Positions 1 to 13,528 of a stretch of 64,000 nucleotides of DNA are shown here, one piece after another (the first letter of the stretch is position 1; each line of letters begins with the position of its first letter). A program made the translations under genes and the position numbers. The notes under the pieces are model-generated. The model was not told where the DNA came from, did no database searches, and saw only the letters and a program-made list of their open reading frames with translations. This DNA comes from Zygnema circumcarinatum SAG 698-1b (lineage: Eukaryota; Plantae; Zygnematophyceae): positions 1,860,001 to 1,924,000 of the forward strand of contig CM074821.1 in assembly GCA_037447605.1 (NCBI GenBank), written 5' to 3'.

Positions 1-593
1 GATCTTTTTGTCGTTTGTAATTGACGATAGCTGTACTACCTATAGCGTCTCCTTTTCTATTCCTTTTTGTTTTCTAACTCTATGTCAGTCACTACTTTTG
101 ATTGCCTTGAATATCTTTGTCTGTCAGTGCCATTCTATGGTGCTAATTCAGCACATCTTCATGTTTAATCTTTTGTTGGCCAAGCATATGTTGCGAATGA
201 AGTTAAAGAAGATCCAGAATTTCTGCAGATGAAGTTTTGTAGTGGAATGAAATCGTACTCTCATTAGGCAGCCATGCATGAGAATTCACTGCCTGTCTGC
301 ACGTCGTTGAAGACATTCTCCAAAACCGCTTGATTTGGCACCGATTATGGTTGCAATTACAAATGACAAGTTATTTGCTTCGCAAACACCATACCTTTGG
401 ACCCGCTAGCCTAGTGAAGCCCGACCTGAAACCCTAAATAATGTATTGGATAAGAATATATTCGGCTCAGATATCAGCTGTGTGTACACTTGTTGATTAT
501 AGAAACAGCAGACTTTATATATCTGCTTTTTCGCTAATAAGTGATTTTAAGTTATTGTTGATAACGTTGATAATGCTGATAATGTCGTTGCAG

Positions 594-2820
594 TTTGAAA
601 TTAAGGTTGGAGATACCGTCACTCCAGGCACAAGTGTGGCATCCATAGTCAAGGGAGCTGCTGGGGCAGCGCCTCCTCAGAAAGTTGTGAAGGAGACCGA
701 GCAAAAGCAGAGTGCTGATTCATCCCCTATCCCCCCTCCTCCTCCACCTCCCCCTTCCCCTCCCCCTCCTCCTCCACCAAAAGAAACTGTTTCAACTCTT
801 CCGCCAAAAGGCACAACAGAAGGGCAGTTGCTCCCTAAAGACAGGGAGCGAAGGGTAAGCTATTTTCATACTGGTTCTTGTCGCTTGCCCTTCAATTTGA
901 GGTTTGCGTTTAGTAAAATATTTGTGGTATGTAGGTAAGGTTTGATTTTTTATGAGTATTGCGAGAAGTGAAAAAAAGCTTTGCACTTTTAACTTCATTT
1001 CACGAATCAGTCCTGGCATGAATGTTGACCGTTGCGATCTGATGACGGAGCTTCTGCCAATCTGTTAATGTTTGTAGTCTGACTGCTTGAGATAGCCGGA
1101 GCCTCAATGGTTGCATGCAAAACGTGAAGAAGTTGATAATGCTGACACATGGCTTCGCTTATTTTGTGGGTCAGGTACCGATGACAAGGCTCAGAAAGCG
1201 AGTGGCTAGCCGATTGAAGGACTCGCAGAATACTTTCGCTATGCTTACAACTTTTAATGAAATTGACATGTAAGGCTTCCTCAAAGTTGTCGTATGAACA
1301 TTGGTTCGATTCAATATATAGGCATTATTCAAAATCTGGTCGAAATCATTGGTCTTACGTAGAGGTGTATCCGATGTTTACCAGAAAAATAAATCTCTTG
1401 GGCGATGTCGTAGGCCTTTTATAGCCTTTATGTGAAGTTGTTTCAACACTGGTCAAGAAACACATTGCTCGGACTACGCTGAATTGAATGTATTGAGTTA
1501 TGGCTGCAGGACCAATCTGATGAAATTGCGAAACGACTTCAAGGATGACTTCGTTGAGAAGCATGGCGTCAAACTTGGCTTCATGTCCGCTTTCGTTAAG
1601 GTGCGGAGCTACCCTTTTTTTTTTTTTTCTCTTCTTTCCGCAAGGCTTGAAATATAAGCACCTGAGGGTGACTGGCTGTTACCTTCCCACTTTCACTCCC
1701 TTTGTTTCTCTCTCCCACTCTCCCTCACTCCCCCCCACTCCCTCCCGCCCCTCCCGTCTTTCCTACCTCCATCTCATGCCATTTGAATTGGGGCTGCAGG
1801 CGGCCGTTGCAGCGCTGAAGCAGGAGCCAGCAGTGAATGCTGTCATTGACGGAGATGACATCGTCTACCGTGACTACATAGACATCAGCATTGCTGTTGG
1901 TACACCAAAGGTGCATTCGTACTATTTCCGTGAAGGTTGAGTGGCTTCAAGCTCTTTATTGGAACTACTTATTGTCTTTACGACAGGGTGGTTTATTTAT
2001 TGGTTTTGTCTGAGATGTTTTGATGAACCTGCGAATGCTGTATCTTTTCCATGCAGACTGATAGCTTATGCCATTTTTCCTGCCCCCATGCTTGTTTGTT
2101 TGTATCAGGGACTGGTGGTTCCTGTCATCCGCAATGCTGACCAGATGGACTTCCTTGAGATTGAGAAGACTATCAATGGACTAGGGAAAAAGGCCCGCGA
2201 TGGCACCCTATCTATCGACGATATGGTTGGGGGAACATTTACAATATCAAACGGCGGCGTTTATGGGAGTCTTTTGAGCACTCCAATCATCAATCCTCCG
2301 CAGGTGCGTATCTGCGAATACTGCTCCTTTATGCCTTCTCACTGACCTCTCTTAATTAAGCAGTTTCAGCACCCTGTTCTACCTGTGTTCTATGTGAGTA
2401 ATGTTCTTTACTCCTATCTTAAATATTGTTTATTTCTGTTTCAATAGAATAGCATTTGAGGGTAAGTATGTCTATCGCTCAAGTATCACTCCCCTCTCCT
2501 CTTTCTCTCCTCTCCTCGTTGTTTTTGTTGCGAAATGCTCCCTTCCGGTCTCTCTCTTCTGTCTCTCTCTTTTCCGCCCCCTCTTTCTCTCGCGTCCTCT
2601 CTCACTCTCTTCATCGCTCTTGGTGCAGTCTGCGATCCTCGGTATGCACTCCATTCAGCAGCGGCCTATGGTTGTGGGGAAAGAGATCATGGCTCGCCCC
2701 ATGATGTATGTCGCATTGACTTACGACCACCGCTTGATTGATGGGAGGGAAGCGGTGCTCTTCCTGCGCCGGGTAAAGGACATTGTGGAGGATCCCAGGC
2801 GCCTGCTGCTTGATGTTTGA
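594..2820 (+). CDS. DLST: Dihydrolipoamide succinyltransferase (E2 of 2-oxoglutarate dehydrogenase), 3' exons; 5' exons lie upstream of the window
   Basis: GT-AG exons 594-854, 1175-1269, 1510-1600, 1800-1910, 2109-2303 and 2629-2820. They give [78 protein letters not shown] and the catalytic [18 protein letters not shown]...DPRRLLLDV*. Confidence 0.96.
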
Positions 2821-4976
2821 TGTTGGGTCGCATACATCTTTTCCCTTCCCTCACCTCTGGGAGGTGCTCTCGAAACAGCTTAGTCCACACATGGAAAAGT
2901 TGGTGTTGCAAGAAGTAGAAGAGAAAAGGAAGGAGGCGGCTGCAATCGGGAGCTGTTAAAAGCAACGATAAAATGGGAGAAGTCAGTGAATTGGAAGAAG
3001 AAGAGAGAAAGAAGGAGATGGCTGCAATTAGGACTTGGAACCTTAGAGCTGGAGAGGCTCTACTCGTAGAAGAACCTGGAAAGGAGCCGAGAGATAGAGG
3101 GAGATGGGGAGAGAGAGAGCGAGAGAGAGAGGGGGGGGGGGGGGTGGGCAAGGAGGACAGTAGGCGCTCGGAAGTACCTTCTGAGGGGGGAGAGCGGCCC
3201 ATGAATTTGTGGGAAAGTCTCTGCTGCTATGGCTATACGAGGAAGCCTTAGTTCTGCCAACCCTAACGGACTTGAAGGCTAAGGGGATGGAGGGAGAGCC
3301 TTGAGAGCTCCCTTGAAGGGGGACAATACCAGACTGGGAGGGTACCGACGGAGGCTGCTGCTTCTGGAAGGTAAGGGACGTTTCCGAAGAAGATAAAGAA
3401 ACTACATAGGAATGAAAAGGGAATAGTTAAGGGGGTGTCCTTTTGTGATGAGTAGGTTTAGAGCTGGAGCGCACTGTTCGGAGGGTGGTAGAATGAAATG
3501 GAGTACAACTATGTCTTTCTCGGTATTGGGATCGGTGAAGTTGGCAAAAGAAAAATTCGGAAAATAAAAAAAATAGCATCCAAAAGAAATCATCTGCATG
3601 CTGAACACAGCGCTTTGCTGCTAAACTCGCCTTGGACGAACTTTGTTGCTGGTCTGCTCGCCGTCAAGTCAGAGTAATGTTCAGTCTGCCCGTCACTGAG
3701 CTTGGGTGATTTCAAGCTGCCTGATCACAAATTTCAGTTTGTTTAACTTCAGTCTGTTCCAGTCTGTTCTGACTCGCCACTGTCTTTACTAGGTGTCATA
3801 ATTCTGTAAGTTACCAGTCTGTTGGAAACTGTGGTTATAGGTTTGTTGTTGTCGTCTACGAAGGCATGCTTCCTTTCGTATTTCGAGCCTCAGTTATCGC
3901 TGAAATGGGGGTCGAGAATATTTTGGCCAAGTGGCAAAAGTGCGCACCAGAAAATGTACACGGGGAAAACTTCTGTTTTTTGGAAAATCACTTCCTCAGG
4001 AAAAGAAGAATTCAAATGAGCAAGCGTTTTGCTCACTAAAGGAAAAAGAACGTATCGCTGCCAAAGTACAGCAGCGATATTTTATTGAAAAGTAAGATGC
4101 TTTTTAATGTAATGTTGTTCTGCTTGGCACCGTTTTGTTCTGGAAGTGAAGGGATTTAAGGAAAACCCTCAAAACACCTTTTTGCAACTGTTAAATGATC
4201 CTTTGCATTGGCATCGGTATTGATCGTAAAAGACCAAAAGAATGAACATTATGAGTACAATTTGAAAAAACTCTAACAACAAACACGCACTGTAAGCTCC
4301 TTGATCCCAGTATTGTCAAATTCTGAACCCAGGACACGTTTTACATTTTGTAAAAAAAGAGGTTCCTTTTTTTGAAATAGAGTTACATCACCAGAAGTGG
4401 TTCACACCACGATGATCCAGACTGGGAGATTAACTCGATTAACCGCGATCAAGATGAACTCAAGCTCTTAGACGACACCTTGAATGCTGTTGTATGGAGC
4501 ATAGCCGCCAGCCGGTCAGAAATGGACTCATGCTCTGCTTCATAGAGGAACGATGTGCGGTCGGTCGGTCAATACCCTCGGTACACAGTCGGCGATCAGG
4601 ACCGGCTAGAACCCTAAAACCTTCAATACCCTGAAACACCTAAAAAACACCAAAAACTGAGTGAGCAGAGCAAGATTCCCAAAAGCATAAACTTCTTGGC
4701 CGACTGCAAAGCTTTTTCAGTGGTATGAAAAACCTTTTTTCTACAAGCAGGCGGATATACATTGCCTCTCTCGCTCCCACCTCTCCCTCTCTCTCTCTCT
4801 CTCCTGATCACAGCCGCAACCATATAAACACTGACACTCCCACTAATCACGACAGAGAGAGAGAGCACCGGTCTTCCTCAATTTGCAGAACCGGACCTCT
4901 CAAATGCCCTTATTCACCCCCTCTTCTCATCCTCCCATCCCCTATCTCTCCACCCCCCTCCTCTCCACTCTCTCCC

Positions 4977-6192
4977 TCACCTCACTCTCCCTCTTCCCCT
5001 CTCCCCACCACTCCCTCTCCCGCACGCATCAAACACCGTAATGTTCCGACAGTCCGGCAACGCCAAAGTCAGCACCGTCCTCCGCGTGTGCTTCCGCGCT
5101 TCACAAAAACCCTCGACAATGTCAAGTGTGACTTTACCCCCCGAAGTCACCTCAAAGTGTACGGCCCTCAGCTTGCGCACGTCCCGCCCTAAGGGCGACT
5201 GCCAGGGCCCGTCCCACCACGCATAGGGGAGGAGGGGGGTAAGCGCACACTGCCTCTCCTGCTTGAGGCAGCTAAGATCACCACCAAAGGTGTGCCAAGC
5301 GTGGGCTCGCCCTCCCTGGCGGAGGAGGCCGTGGTCGAGGACTCCCGGGTGGAAACTGCTCAACATTTGATACCCAAAGTTGTTGCCGGCGCTATCTGCA
5401 AGGGANNNNNNNNNNGGGAGGGAGAGGGGGAGGGAGGGAGGGAGAGTGGGAGAGGGGGAGGGAGGGAGGGAGAGTGGGCAGACGTGAGTATCTATATCCT
5501 GCAGATATAGTTGTTTAATGAGACTCGAAGTAGAGGCAGAGAAGGAGAGAGAGAGTGTGTGTGTAAAGCAGAGATTGAGAGAGAGAGAGGAGGGAAGGGG
5601 ATCCTCCTCATCACTTTCCTACCGCTTAACCTTACATTGATTTGCCGTGTTAACTTCCTCTGTTAAGCTTCAATTCCGGCCATGGACAAGAAACTCCGAT
5701 AATTTCTTTAGGGTTTCTTTAGAGAACAGAGTCTGAGGTCGGACGGCGGATTACCGTAAATGTGTTGAAGCTCATGGCCTCCAAGTTGGGGTGCTCTCGG
5801 ACAAAACCCTCAAAGTCAAAGCGTACCACCTGCGGAACACAGGAAAAATATTAGAGCGAAAGGGAAAGGGGAGAGTGGGGAGGGGGGAGGGGGGAGGGAG
5901 GGAGGGAGGGAGGGGCGAGGAAGGAGGGAAAGGGGGGGAGTGGGGGAAAGAGAAAGGGGGAGAGGGTGGGGAGGAGGGAAGTCCCTGTTTGCTTTGTTGG
6001 CAGAGGGCAGCTCACCCGCGCAAATCTGGAGAGTACTTTTTCCAATCGCGGATATATGGAGGGCGTGTCCGCCAATACAGCCACTCGCGGCGATCGTTTT
6101 CGCGCTACAACATCGGGAATTTGACTCCTCTCTATGGCGGTCTGCAGGCAGAGACTCGCAGCAGATATAGCTTTCAAAGGCCTGCAAACAAT

Positions 6193-6224
<32 letters not shown>

Positions 6225-7955
6225 CACAGAGGGGAATAATCTGTTAACAAAATAAAACAGAAAAACCCCAAATACCCTAAAAACCCAAAAACCCCCCAAA
6301 CCCCAGTTCCCAAAACTGCCCATTAATCTGAAACCCCATCAACCCATCAACCCGTGCTTACTTTGCGCTCATCATCCGGAGATGCAGAACGAAATCCGGG
6401 TCTCCTGCGCTGCCCAGCGTCCAATCTATGGCGGACTGTACTATGGGAGCAGGCGATATGAGGGCGAGGGCGAGCTCGCCAAAGGTATTGGGACGAGAAT
6501 TTGGGTCCCAAGGGCGGCCCAAAAGGAGGGAGGCGACCTCGCGCATGCGCTTGTGACGGTTTTTGAGAAACCACTGGAGGGCGACGGAGTCGGCAGCGTC
6601 GGAGAACCTGGGAGGNNNNNNNNNNAGGGGGGAGGGGGGAAGGGAGGAGGGGGGAGGAGGGAAGGGGGGAGAGAGGTCGGAGGAAGAGGGCGACCGGGGA
6701 CCAGGGATAGGGCGAGGCAAAAGACGACGGGTGAATAGAGACCAGGGAACGAGGAGAAGGATGGATAGAGAAGGGAGTGGGAAAACGTGCGAAATAGCCA
6801 TTATTTCGAAAAAAAAACTCTCAATAAAAAAACAAATAACCCAAATAAAGAAAACCAACGCAGCTGCTCACCAGATGATTGGGTAGTCCCACGCCGCCCA
6901 ATCCTCGCACAGAACTTTCGAGTCCTTTACTTCCGCAAAGGAGTCGACCCGCATGCGCAGCGGCCGCGCGTGACGTGACGCGCAGCCATGGCGCACCCAT
7001 AGTCGCTTCACCTCCTGCATGCTCGCGAGCTCGGGCGAGTACCGCAAGTACTCGCCGAAGGGGAAGTTCAGGTGCCGCCGTTGGCTCACGTACGCGGGGT
7101 CAGTGGACCTGAGGGAGGGAGGGAGAGAGGGAGGGAGGNNNNNNNNNNGGAGGGGAGGGAGGGGAGGGAGGGGATTGATCAATGGATGGACGAATGGATG
7201 AAGCCTTATCTCTCGTCCTTTCTGCCACACTCTCCTTTCCCACATTGTCTTTCTCGCTGTATATAAAACCCTTGTTCACACCTATGCGAGATGTCTTGCC
7301 AGCGCTCTTCCTCTCTCTCTCTCTCTCATCCATGCTTATGCTCCCCCTCCCGCTCTCCCTCCCGCCTCTCCCCCACTCTCCTCCTTTTCCCACTCCCCCT
7401 TCCTCCCCCCCCCGCCCCACTCCCCCCTTCTCCCCCTCCCCGTCTCTCCCTCTCTCCCTCTCTTCCCCCTCTCCCATTCTCCCTTCCTTCTCACGCCCCC
7501 TCTCCCCCTCGCACCACCTCCCCCGGCGACTCCTCGTCCCTCCCCCCTTCCTCCCCTCCGCGCCCCCCCCTCTTCCCCTCTCTTCCTATCTCTTCCCCTC
7601 TCCCCCCCCCCTCCGTCCCCGTCTCTCCCTCTCCCCTTTCCTTCCCCCTCTCCCTTTCTCCCTTCTCTCCCTCGCCCTCTCGCAACACCTCCCCCTGCGC
7701 CCCCTTGCCGCCCCTCCTCCCCTCTCCCCTTCTCTTTCTGTCTCTTTCTCTCTCACCCTCTCCGTCTCTCTTTCTCTCTCCCTAATCCCATATATGCGCG
7801 TGTATTGGCTAATGCGAGTGCGTGAAAATGCTCAAGTAGGCCAATGCTTAAAACGCAACAAAGTCGTCGTCGTGGACATGTATAGACGGAACAAATACAA
7901 GTGCGCGAGAGATAGCACGAGCAAGAGCGCGTGTGGGAGAGCTAGAGAGAGAGAG

Positions 7956-7994
<39 letters not shown>

Positions 7995-9901
7995 ACGTAC
8001 GGCACTCTCCCCTGCTCCCCCAGAATGATGCTGCGGTTTAGCATGATGGCGAGGCCGGCCGCCGTCAGAATTTTGTACATGTTGTTGCCGAACCCGTCGT
8101 GTTGGCCCTTGCCCACCACAAAACTTCTCCTGCAGAACTCCTCCTCCGGGAGAGTCCGAAGCTTGGAAACTCCTAATTCACATCCCCCCAACAAAAAAAT
8201 AAATATGGGGGTTTAGGGTGGGGGAGGGGGGNNNNNNNNNNGAGGAAGAGGAAGAGTGGGGGAGAGAGAGAGAGGGCGAAGAGATCGGAAGGAACCAACA
8301 AATGTGAAAAAATGAGGAAGGAAGGAAATTTTAAAGGTGAAGAGAAGTGGCGATGAATACGGAAAGGAGGGATTAAGAAAGAAGGCTTTTCAGAAGCTAC
8401 AAATTTCTACACATCGACGAAAGTTTTACATCTTGTTCTTGTGAATGCCTGCGGAAGGTCGTCTATTTATTGTTCACGAAAAGAAAAAATAAAAAACCCT
8501 CCCAAGTAAACGAAACCCAACAACAACTGCTCATATTTATGATTCTGCGCTTTACTGATTCATCTATCAAAAATAGTTTGACTCCTTACCATGCTCGGCG
8601 ATATACTCCTGAATCAACTCTCTCACTCTCAGACTCGCCACTCTCACATCTCCCACAGCTGCCTCTCCCATCTCCTCCACCGTAGCACACTCCTTAGGAG
8701 GAGTCCACCTCTGTTCCGGCTCCTCCCACAACTCACTACCACTCGAATTTCCCTTCAAAAGACTTCCATTCCTCACAAGACTACTCCCAATAGCCTCTCC
8801 CCCCATCCTCTCTCCGCCTGACCCCCCTCCCCCATCCTCCTCTCCAGCTGATAAACCCTTGTTCTCTAGACTTAAACCCCTCACTGTGATTGAACTCTCT
8901 ACGTTGGTAGAAGATTTATTAGAAGGTCCTTGTAGGTCCTCTGCAGCTGAAATTTTCTCCACATTCTCTGCTTCCGCCATTTCCTCCGCATCGAGTTTTG
9001 CTTCAATTGACTCCTTCTCATTCTGAGCAACTCCCCCCCCGTCTCCCTCTCCCTTATCTCCCTCCTCATTCTCTCTCCCTGCATGCTCCGCTGAGTTCCA
9101 AAAACGTTCAAGGGCTTCACTTTCCGTATAATTATCTACCGCCATCTTCACATCCCTTAAAATGTTCCGAAGCTCTTCGGCTTCTAAGGTATCCCCATCT
9201 TCATCCTGCTGCTCAAAGTCACTTTTTCCAGCAAATCCCATCTCCGATTTCTCTCCATTCACTTCCCCTCTCTCCCGCTGTTGCCCTTGTGAAGAAAGCC
9301 AACTCGTAGATTCTTCCAATTGCTCCTGCTTTGCGCTGTGCTCTTCCCTTCCCCCTCCCTCCCTTTCCTCTCCCGCCCCTCCATCTCCCTCCGTCCACCC
9401 CCGCTCCCTTCCTACTCCCTCCCTTCTCTCTCCCCCCCCACGCTCTCCCTCCCTCCCCTCCCCCTCTCCTCCCTCCCTCTCCGGCTCTGCAGCTCCCTGT
9501 ATTGCTTGATCTCCCACTACCCCTCCTCCCACCTCCCCGCCCTCGTCCCCCTCTTCCCCCTCCTCCCTCCCTCTATGCCCAGCTTTACTCAGACCCTTAC
9601 TCCTCCTTAGTGCCTCCTCCTGGGCTACAAACAGCTGCCTTTGATGCACTCCCTCCCCGAACCTTTTCTTAATGTTCAGAAATTCCTCGGCCGGATCGTT
9701 CGTGTGAAGCCATGGCGACCCATGGGCATGGCCATGGCCCAAGGGAGGGAGCTTCGCGGCTACATGATGGTTTTTCTGTAAGAAGTGAATGAACGCCCAA
9801 CAGACACATACAGCGAGCCACATAGAACAGACAAAGTAACGGTTCCAGGACTTGGCGCCGAGAAGGGCGGCCATGGGGCCGGCTTTCCCCTTCACGACCA
9901 T
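4977..9901 (-). CDS. Conserved plant type-II membrane protein, O-fucosyltransferase-like (GT-B) fold
   Basis: Exons 9901-8590, 8172-8001, 7108-6872, 6607-6362, 6181-6016, 5829-~5755 and 5395-4977. N-terminal TM helix, long acidic stem, then CATVEEMG..SLRVR, GFGNNMYKILTAAGLAIMLNRS, PIIWF, PNTFGEL and TPLLPYAWWDGPWQSP, which I recognise from an uncharacterised land-plant family. One internal exon is probably lost in the N gap at 5406-5415. Confidence 0.75.
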
Positions 9902-10410
9902 CTGCTTTGATGAATTTAGGGTTGATCAAGTCATGGGGGGGTTGGGGCTATGCTTTTGTATGTACACGAGTATTGAGAGTCTGGATGGGATTTGGGTATG
10001 AAGGGAGGAGTGTGAGGGCTACAGAGGTAAAGGAAGGCGAGAGTGAGAGAGAGTGGGAGAGGGAGGGTGGAAGAGCAGCGAGGGGACTCACAATGGCGGG
10101 AAGAGGAGAGAAGAAGAGGAAGGCGCCATGGCGGCTGCTACTCCTCTCTCCTTCCTCTCCCTCTCCCTTTCCCGCTCCCGCTCCCGCTCCCTCTCTCTCA
10201 CCCTCACTCCCTCTCTCACCCTCACTCCCTCTCGTCCCTCCGTCCCCCTCCTGTCCCTCCCCTCTCCCGCTCGTCCCCTGCCGTCCGTACGCTACTTCAC
10301 TGGGCTGTCGGACATGTAAAATATCTGCGCCTTCACATCCATGCATGCATGTGGTCCATGTGCTATATCGTATCGTATCGATAAATTATTCACAATACGA
10401 TACGCGTTTC

Positions 10411-10712
10411 ATGGTCCAACTTTTTCCCGAACTGGTCGAAGCGCGGAGTTGCAAACTGAGGCGGCGAAGTTTGCAACTCGCGAACCGAAGTTTGCTGGAA
10501 AAAACCAGCGGCACCTGCGGGATCCCGATCCTCCGCAAGTGCGAGCCGGTAGGATCGCGAGAGCCATCGAGAGGGCGCCACGTAGACGAGGCTAGCACTT
10601 GCGACCTGCGGTTGAAGTTCAGCAACTGAAAAACTTCGGTTCACGGGTTGCAAACTTTCCGCCTCAGTTTACACCTGCAGGAGCTCCAACCGGTTGACGA
10701 AAGTTGGACCAT
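10411..10712. mobile_element. ~300-bp foldback / MITE-like element
   Basis: Imperfect ~80-bp terminal inverted arms (ATGGTCCAACTTT...AAAGTTGGACCAT; AAACTGAGGCGG/CCGCCTCAGTTT; GAACCGAAGTTT/AAACTTCGGTTC) plus an inner pair CGCAAGTGCGAGCC/GGCTAGCACTTGCG. No clear TSD. Confidence 0.55.
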
Positions 10713-10894
10713 AAAATCTGGTTTGTTCCAGAAAACCCGGAGAGGCTCACAATGCCTATCAGCTTTTCTTTGATAACTTCGACAGCAGCCGATGGGATCG
10801 AACCAAATGGGATGAAGTGCTTGCAGCGGAGCAAAGGCGGCAAGTGCGCGTTATGGGTCGTGTCCACCATAGAAAGTCGACATAAAAGCGCTGT

Positions 10895-11020
10895 TATCGT
10901 ATCGTATCCTATCATATCGTATCGTATCTTATCGTATCGTATCGTATCATATCGTGTCGTATCTGACCATGTCGTATCATATCGCATAATATCGTATCAT
11001 GTCGTGTCGTATCGTAATCG
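10895..11020. repeat. Degenerate (ATCGT)n pentanucleotide repeat
   Basis: Directly visible tatcgtatcgtatcc... array. Confidence 0.9.
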
Positions 11021-11399
11021 CATTGATCCTAGCATCCAGTTTTGGCCAGTACGGTAAGGTGGTCGAATGGATGTGTACGGCTACCCGTACGATCGAGACC
11101 GCTACTATAGATAGTACGGTACGGCTCGCAAGGATGTGCTGTACGCTAGCTTTCCTTCAAAAGAAAAAACAAGAAAACTTGGACAGGCGGGCAGCAGAAA
11201 ACGTTTCATCAGCGCCAGACAATCTGACCGCTCTCTCCGACGATTTCATGTCGGGCAGGAAAGACAATGGATTCATTCAGGTACGGTCAGATAAACAACA
11301 GGCTGCGGATCAAGATCCTCGTGCGTTGCCTTTTTATAGAAATGCCTTTGATCCTTAATTATGTGAAGTGAACTGAAAGTGAAACTAAATGAACACATA

Positions 11400-11670
11400 A
11401 GCTGATTGGGTACACGATATACCCCATTTTCTGCGTTTTGATCTAACGAAACGTACTACCAATCAGGTCGTGCGACTTGGCAACCTTAGACTTGCGGCAT
11501 CTATACTGTATTTTCTATAAATTTATCTTTGACAACCTTATCGGTTACGTTGGTCACATAAATCATTCAAATCGAACGCTGTCGTACGTAGAAAACAACA
11601 CTTGCCAATGACTTTATGGTGACGCGATATTCCTCATTTTCTTGTGTTCGATCTAACGAAAAGCACAACA
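11400..11670 (+). repeat. Degenerate copy (~1.3 units) of the ~205-bp repeat at 31085-31680
   Basis: Shared blocks gatataccccattttctgcg..gatctaacgaaacg..ccaatcagg..cgacttggcaac..agacttgcgg..aatcgaacgctgtcgtac, in the same orientation. Confidence 0.8.
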
Positions 11671-12698
11671 AATCCATAACAACACAACAACGACACAATA
11701 AATAGTTTATTGCGGGTTGGCGTCTTGTTTGTATGTATACGTATAATGGGATGGTGTTGTGATAGCAAGACATGCACAATTTACACCATACATGATTTTT
11801 GTTTGAAAACGAACGACTGTAGCACACTTGAAGTGAAATTCTCTATGTTAATTCCAATCCTAATCTAATTCTATCCTCTAATCGTGTGGCTCTTCTTCCT
11901 TTTTTTGCTTTGCCCCCTGCGAATTCAACTTTTGGACTTTAACGATTGAGGATGGCTCAGGTGGTTCATGGTGTCGCTTAGGCCCCCTTCCCCCTCTCCG
12001 GAAGGGTGGGGTGTCTTGGTTTGGTGGGTTTGATCCTGACGCGACAGGGGACCATGTCCCTCGCCAAGTGTCTGTTGCGATGATTTGTGCGTGTTTTTTG
12101 TCTGCAGTCGCATAGAAAAGATCTGCATCCCTCGCCCCCCCCCCTTTTTCTTGTTGGAATGGAATTGCAACATTGTATTAGTGACCCTTTTACCTATATA
12201 ACGGCGCTGATATGCTCAATTGTTACTTCATGTTGAAAATGTCAATACTAGCCATCCACGTTTTTGAATATGCGTCACAGAATATATTACGACAGTACAC
12301 ATTTTATACTAATATTGTTAGATATCGACTTGACCGTACATATCTTCTTCCGTACACATGCCCTCTATTATTCGTACAGACCTATACACATACAGTATGA
12401 CCCGATCATATTCTCCAATTCCACATTTGCGTCACCAATAATTTCGCGCCAATTTTGTCCAAACGGCAAGATTTTGTACGGTAATTTTGGTTTGATGTAC
12501 AATTCGTGCAGTTCGTGCAATCGGTACTAACCGTTCTAACCGTACTAGCTGTACTAGCCGTCAAGGCCTACGCAAATCACACCGATTCTCCCTGCACGTG
12601 CCGCCGTAAGAGGCGCTCTCTCGTTTCCCCTCTTCTCTTTGTTTCGATACGATTCGTTACTGTTGGAATACGAATACTTATATAGTGACAGCGTCACT

Positions 12699-13528
12699 TT
12701 AACGGTGGTAGACTGTATTCTTGAGGAGTACCTGGCTTACTTTCGGTACTAAGGGCTTACCTCTTGTCTCTCGTTGTCCTGTTCGGATTTCCGCGAGGTC
12801 ACGCCGGTAGTCATCCCGGAAGTCCTCCAACATTTGACTGTTCTTGTCGGCAGTCCGACAAAGGAGGAGCTCCAGCGACTGGATCTGATGTTCGATCCGG
12901 TCCAATCGATCTTCCTGAACCGCAGTTCGGACCACGAGCTCGTTGCGCTCCCCCACGATGTCAGCCAGGTCCTCTAACATTACCGGTCTGTTGCTGTCGT
13001 TATGTTCTGGAGGGTTTTGCTGATCTTTCTCCCATCCGTTATGGTATGATGGAACTTTTCGCTCCGCTGATGTAGCGTGAACAGGTTCCCCGATTGGTGG
13101 GACGTTCTCCCCCGAAGCTTCGCCCATGGCTGTTCTAGCAGGTCACAGTGGTGGGGACGGTAGCGGTGCGGGCTGTGAAGCAGTGTGTTCCCTAGCCTCC
13201 TCTTCCCGTGTGCTAGCCGTGACAGATGCGGAAGGAGCAGAGATTTGGATGAGCACCAATACGGGTGGTGGAGGTGGAAGGGGAAACGTCGGTTCATCCG
13301 ACGGTGCCGGTTCCCCAACACCCCTTGCGCGCGTGGTGACGATGGTGGATGAGATGAACAGCCGTCTGAAGTGCCGGCTCTGAAGCAGTCTGTTCGCTAG
13401 CCTGCTCTGCCCGCGTGCTAGCCGTGACGGATGCGGAAAGAGCAGAGTGTCGAAGACCTGGATCTGATACGAAAACGGTTGGCGGCTGGCGGTGGGTTTA
13501 AATCTGCCGAAAACGAATCGTGCCTTTG
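12699..13528 (-). pseudogene. Decayed ORF: repeated Ser/Ala/Thr peptide followed by a coiled coil
   Basis: ORFs 13143-13550 and 12699-13127 are in the same frame, split by one TGA. A 67-bp direct repeat (13176-13242 / 13381-13447) encodes SA[P/L]SASVTASTR..E.A.E.TAS.PA in two different frames. The C-terminal part is heptad-like (VQEDRLDRIEHQIQSLELLL). The 5' part is interrupted by an LTR. Confidence 0.45.

Noticed and set aside
5396-5760. Truncation of the fucosyltransferase-like gene
   Set aside because: The phase mismatch and missing conserved segment coincide with the N gap at 5406-5415.
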